A DNA stretch of 64,000 nucleotides from the human T2T-CHM13v2.0 reference genome, Homo sapiens. A model generated the notes under the pieces. The model saw only the letters and a list, made by a program, of their open reading frames with translations, ran no database searches and was not told the DNA's origin. The position numbers and the translations under genes are program-made. This document shows, in pieces, positions 55,739 to 64,000 of the stretch (position 1 is its first letter; each line of letters opens with the position of its first letter). The DNA is taken from the NCBI RefSeq assembly GCF_009914755.1, contig NC_060943.1; one strand, written 5' to 3'.

Positions 55739-57214
55739 ATGGAACAGAATGAAAGTAAATATTCTGCTTATTTAAATTTCTTAAGGCATTTATTATGGAG
55801 AGGGGGAGTGAAAGTTAATACTCAGAACTTATTAACACTCTTTGATACAGTAGAGCAGTTTTGCCCATGGTTCCCAGAACAAAGGACAATGGAGCTAGAT
55901 GAATGGGGAAGAATTGGCAGAAATTTTAAAAACGCATATAAAGAAGGAGCCAAAATTCCAGTTTCTGTTTGGTCAGTGTGGGAGTTGATAAAGGCAGTTC
56001 TTGAGCCATTTCAAACAGATGACAAGGCAGATTCAGATGAGGAAGAGGTAGATGAGTGTAAAAAATTAACTTCAGATTCTGAATATGAGGAACAGCAACC
56101 GGAAGAAATTAAAGAAAAGAAATGGAAACTGAAAAAGGTATATTTTACTAGCCCTTCGGTTCCACCTGCTGAATTAAGTGAATGGCCACCTCCTCCCTCT
56201 CCCCCTAATGGGTGAGAAGATGAATTAGCTGTAAAACTTACCGCTCCGGTAGCTGCAACATTAAAACCTGGAGCAATTGGTGATGCGATATAAAATTTTA
56301 TTCAGAAGGCTAGAACTGAAGGAGACCTAGAAGCATGGCAATTTCCCATTACTATAATCCAGAGAGGAGGACAGAATATAGCTAGTTGGGCCACCTTTCC
56401 TTTTAAGTTGTTAAAGGAATTCAAGCAAGCCATTAGTCAATATAGGCCAAATTCTCCTTTTGTACAAACTTTACTAAAAAATGTGGCTCTTGATAATAGA
56501 TTAATACCATATGACTGGGATACTTTAACAAAATCTGTTCTCACTCCATCTCAGTGTTTGCAGTTTAAAACTTGGTGGGCTGATAAAGCTCAAACTCAGG
56601 CAAGAGAAAACACACAAGCACAGCTGCCTGTGCCTGTTTCCTTTGAACAGTTAATGGGGTTGGGCCCTAATTGGGGCCGATTAGACAATCAAGCAGTAAT
56701 GAAAAATGTTGCCATTGTTCAGTTATGCACTGTGTGCTTACAGGCATGGAAAAAAAATGTTACAGGGTAAAAATATCCTTCTTTCATTAGACCTATGAGA
56801 GGGAAGACTCATTTGGCTGAATATATTAAGGCTTGTGATGGCACTGGGGAAAATTTTAGTCCAGCTATGGCTTGACTAAAGGTGGGAAAAAATATGCCCC
56901 ATTTCTCAGGCTCTTGTTTTAATTGTGGGCAATTTGGACACATAAAAGAGGAATGTAGAAAAGGAAATCAGAAGGCAAAAACTATTGCCATCAATCAACA
57001 GAAAAGTCCAGGTGTATGCCCCCAATGTAAGAAGGGCAATCACTGGGCAAATCAGTGTCATTCTAAATCTAGCAAAGATGGGCAACCTCTTTCGGGAAAC
57101 GGGAATAGGGGCCCACCTTGGGCCCCTCAACAAACTGAGGCATATCCGGCACAGTCAGTGCCCTTACAAACATACAACAATTGTCCCCCGCCACAGCAGG
57201 CAGCGCTGCTGTAG
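55739..57214 (+). pseudogene. HERV-K(HML-3) gag, disrupted
   Basis: MA MEQNESKYSAYLNFL...CPWFPEQ; CA fragment; two CCHC knuckles [14 protein letters not shown] and [14 protein letters not shown]; stops and deletions. Confidence 0.92.
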
Positions 57215-58020
57215 ATCTCTGCAGCACAATTCCCGTTTCCCTACTTCCTGGGGAGCCACCAAAGAACGTCCCATGAGAGTTAGGAGCCCTTTACCCTCAG
57301 GAACAGTTGGTCTATTGCTTGGAAGGTCTAATTTAAATTTAAGAGGTGTCGCTGTACATAAATAATTGATTCTAATTATACCGGAGAGATTCAGTTAGTT
57401 ATTAGTTCCTCAATTCCATGGTCTGCTTTCCCAGGAGAAAGAATTGCTCAGTTGTTACTGTTACCTTATGCAAAACTGGGAAGAGGCACAGTAGAAAAAA
57501 AAAAAATAGGAGGCTTTGGTGGTACGAATCCAGCAGGAAAAGCTGTATATTGGGTTAATCAAGTGTCTGATAAGAGACCTATTTGTACAGTAACCATTCA
57601 AGGAAAGGACTTTGAAGGGTTAGTAGATACTGGAGCTGATGTTTCTATTATTGGTTTAAATCAATGGCCCCGGCATTGGCCTAAGCAGAAGGCATCCATT
57701 GGTATTGTTGGAGTAGGGGCTGCCTCAGAATTTTTTAAAGTTCTTTAATTTTGCCATGCCAAGGGCTGGATGGCCAAGAAGGGACAATTCAACCTATTGT
57801 TACACCTATTCCTGTCAATCTATGGGGTAGAGACTTATTACAACAATGGAGTGCTAAAATATCTATTCCTATGGATCAGTATAATAATAACAGTAAACAA
57901 ATGATGAGAAAAATGGGATATCTCCCAGGGAAGGGACTAGGAAAAAAAAAATAAAAATGGCCAACCAGAACCTTTAGAACTAAAAAGGCAAACAGATCGA
58001 ACTGGATCAGGGTATCATTT
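57200..58020 (+). pseudogene. HERV-K dUTPase-protease-G-patch (pro), disrupted
   Basis: GLLLGRSNL, GGFGGT, LVDTGAD, LWGRDLL, MMRKMGYLPGKGLGK. Confidence 0.92.
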
Positions 58021-58950
58021 TTAGGAGCTGCAATTGCTGAGCCTCCGGCTCCCATTCCGCTTGTTTGGTTAACTGCCAAACCGGTTTGGGTGGAGCAATG
58101 GCCGCTGAAACAGGAAAAACCGGAGGCTTTAAAAGAATTAGTGCAGGATCAATTACAAAAGGGACACATAGAGCCTACTTTCTCCCCTTGGAATTCTCCT
58201 GTGTTTGTTATTAAGAAAAAATCAGGGAAATGGAGAATGTTAACAGATTTGAGGGCTGTTAATGCTATAATTCAGCCCATGGGCTCACTGAACCAGGGCT
58301 GCCCTCTCCAACAATGATCCCAAAATACTGACCTCTCATAGTAATAGATTTAAAAAATTGCTTTTCTACCATTCCTTTAGCTACTCGAGATTATGAAAAA
58401 ATTGCTTTTACTGTTCCCACTATAAATAACAAAGAACCAGCGGACAGATACCATTGAAAAGTACTGCCACAAGGCATGTTAAATTGCCCGACTATTTGTC
58501 AAACTTATGTTGGAAAAGCTATTAAGCTAGTTAGAGAACAATTCAAAAAATGTTATATTATCCACTACGTGGGTGATATTTTATGTGCAGCTGAAACTAG
58601 GGAGGATTAATGCTATGCTACAAACAGTTAGAAAAGGCTGTAACTGCAGCAGGGTTAATCATAGCCCCCAATAAAATCCAAACTTCTACTCCCTTTCAGT
58701 ATTTACGAATGAAAGTAAAACAAAGTACTATTAAACCTCAAAAAGTTCAAATTAGAAGAGATAATTTATAGACTAAATAATTTTAAAAATCATTAGGAGA
58801 CATTAATTGGATTTGTCCCACTTTAGGCATTCCTACTTATGCTATGTCTCACCTCTTTTCTACCTTACGAGGTGATTCTAACTTAAACAGTAAATGCTCC
58901 CTGTCCAAAGAGGCCTTAGAGGAACTTCAATTAATTGAAGAAAAAATTTC
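58020..58950 (+). pseudogene. HERV-K pol RT, truncated before RNase H; no IN, env or 3' LTR
   Basis: EQWPL...[27 protein letters not shown]; LPQGM; YXDD decayed to YVGD; abuts an L1 fragment at about 58950. Confidence 0.92.
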
Positions 58951-59140
58951 TTGTTTTATTCCATTAGTGAGGACATCTAGGATGATGATGAATAGCAGTG
59001 GTGAGAGGAGGCATCCTTACCTCGTTCCTGATCTCAGTGGGAAAGCATCTAGATATCAAAATTAAGTATGATCTTAGCTTGGCTTCTTTTTAGAGGTTCT
59101 TTATCAAGTGGGAGAAATTTGCTTCTATCTGCTATTAGGT
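58950..59140 (-). mobile_element. Old L1 ORF2 fragment
   Basis: GAATAGCAGTGGTGAGAGGAGGCATCCTTACCTCGTTCCTGATCTCAGTGGGAAAGC. Confidence 0.75.
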
Positions 59141-59619
59141 TTATGGACCTGAGCATGCCACCTAATCATTGCTTTTCCCTTTTCTTTCTGTAAAAAATCC
59201 CTCAGAATTCATATAAAGTTGCGAGTTTCAGGTTGGTTGGCTCTGACTGATCACCTGTATTATGGACCATCTGTGTGATTATGGGGAAAAGTTCAGGACA
59301 CCAGCAACCTACATTGGATAGGACCACCTCTGACTCCAGGGATTGCCACTCAATCTTTCTGAGATTAGCACCCACATCCAACAAGGTAATTTTGCCTAAG
59401 ACCCTGGTGGGAACCAACGGCCTTGTGATCTCAAGATTATCCCTTTGACATGCTGGTAAGCAGCAGTACTACAGAAAACAATGTAGCCCCCTGGCTACTT
59501 GTTTTGCTTTGGAAGAACAGTTGAGTTACATCCTCTCATGCTTTGGAAAGGATTGATACCAAATGTACCTTCTTTTCTTTGCTCATCAGTGCCTGACCAT
59601 GGGGTATCATGGATGTGCA

Positions 59620-59965
59620 TGTTTCAATAGCCTCCCACTCACCCCATTGGTGAGAGAGGAATTAGGGCCCTAGGGCTATTTAGGTAGGCTAACACATGAT
59701 ATCCATCACTGGACAAATGCAACTGACAACAGTTTATTAGTCATATATATTCACAGCCCAGATGAGGAGGGTACCATAAGTCATGCAGATCCACAAAGAA
59801 AATGTATTTGGGAGCAGAGGGCCCAAACATGGCTGTGGGAAACAGGCTTTGTAGTATCAAAAGGGTGAGGTACCCCTTGGTTCCCCTGGGAGGATGTGAT
59901 TCACTTCTTTGAATAATGTGTGGGTTAGCAAGGATCTGAAACCCCTTATACAAGAGACAAAGACT
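59620..59965 (-). mobile_element. MER54/MER73-like ERVL LTR fragment
   Basis: AGTTTATTAGTCATATATATTCACAGCCCAG...CCCCTTGGTTCCC...GGGAGGATGTGATT. Confidence 0.5.
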
Positions 59966-60175
59966 ATATAACTATGCTATAATAGTATAAAACTGTATTA
60001 TGCATTATAGTATAATAGTAATTATATATTTTAGTTATACATAACATATACCAGTTATGTTTTATATATACAATTATATATCATTATGTAATATATTACA
60101 TATTATATACACAAATATATCTATAAATGTACATGTAAACACACTATAGGCTATACTAGATAATGCTATACTACA
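59965..60175. repeat. AT-rich degenerate (TA)n low-complexity tract
   Basis: Seen directly. Confidence 0.85.
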
Positions 60176-60404
60176 TAGTAGAAAATGGTCCAGAAATATC
60201 TCTTTTGAATATAGCTGCAGAGGCCCGACAAAATACCAGCAAATTGAATCCAGCAATATATAAAAAGACCTATACAACATGACCAAGTTGGATTGAGCTC
60301 AGAAAAGCAATGTTGGTTTCGCATATAAATATATATTAATATACCATATTTACAGAATAAGGGATCTATTATCATAGGATCATCCCAAAAGGCACAGAAA
60401 ATGA

Positions 60405-63613
<3,209 letters not shown>

Positions 63614-64000
63614 GATATGTTAGATAATGGAAATAAATGATCAATGACAATATTGGAGGTCCCTACCCTCCAAAGCTAAGGTATCCAACACAACCATAGC
63701 TTCCCTATTAATCTCACAGGTTGGTTGTTATTTCATTTCCTTCAAAGATCTTAATTGCTTTCTAAAAACCAAATCCTCACCTTTTATTAACCATCTCTCT
63801 TTTCCCAAATCTATAAGCAACAGGAAGGCAAGAACTTGTTTCATGTTTCTATATCCATAGCCTACAATGTCTTGATTATTTGTGCTGAATTGTGTATGCT
63901 TTGATACTACAGTGCCAGGCCTATGAGAAAGGTTAAAAAAATCAGCATCAAGAGCAAGATGGCTTGATTTGAACAGTGATTCTGTCTTTGCACCTTGCTA

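Noticed and set aside
55739-58950. Functional retroviral gag-pro-pol
   Set aside because: Multiple stops, frameshifts and deletions; catalytic motif lost

Overview
Primate (most likely human) genomic DNA from a KRAB-C2H2 zinc-finger gene cluster. I recognise it as the 19p13.2 ZNF799/ZNF443 region. The only complete protein-coding gene is ZNF443 (minus strand, 4 exons, ATG-only first exon, 671 aa, KRAB plus 16 intact and several degenerate fingers). Positions 1-8995 are a segmental duplicate of 39810-48933 and carry the promoter and exon 1 of the paralogue, probably ZNF799, whose body lies left of the window. Between them (about 9000-18820) is a third, older paralogous 5' module of promoter, ATG|GT exon 1 and intron 1 that has no KRAB or finger exons of its own (an orphan first exon). 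The rest is dense in repeats: many Alus, L1 relics, MLT2A, MER11, MER74 and MST-type LTRs, a decayed ERV pol, a 3'-truncated HERV-K(HML-3)/MER9 provirus, MER1B and Tigger2a. A Tigger-type transposase fossil with a MER2-type end cuts off the old ZNF443 finger array. The strongest leads are the orphan, interchangeable first exon and this candidate autonomous parent of MER2. Repeat subfamily names come from recalled consensus sequences and identities are by-eye estimates.
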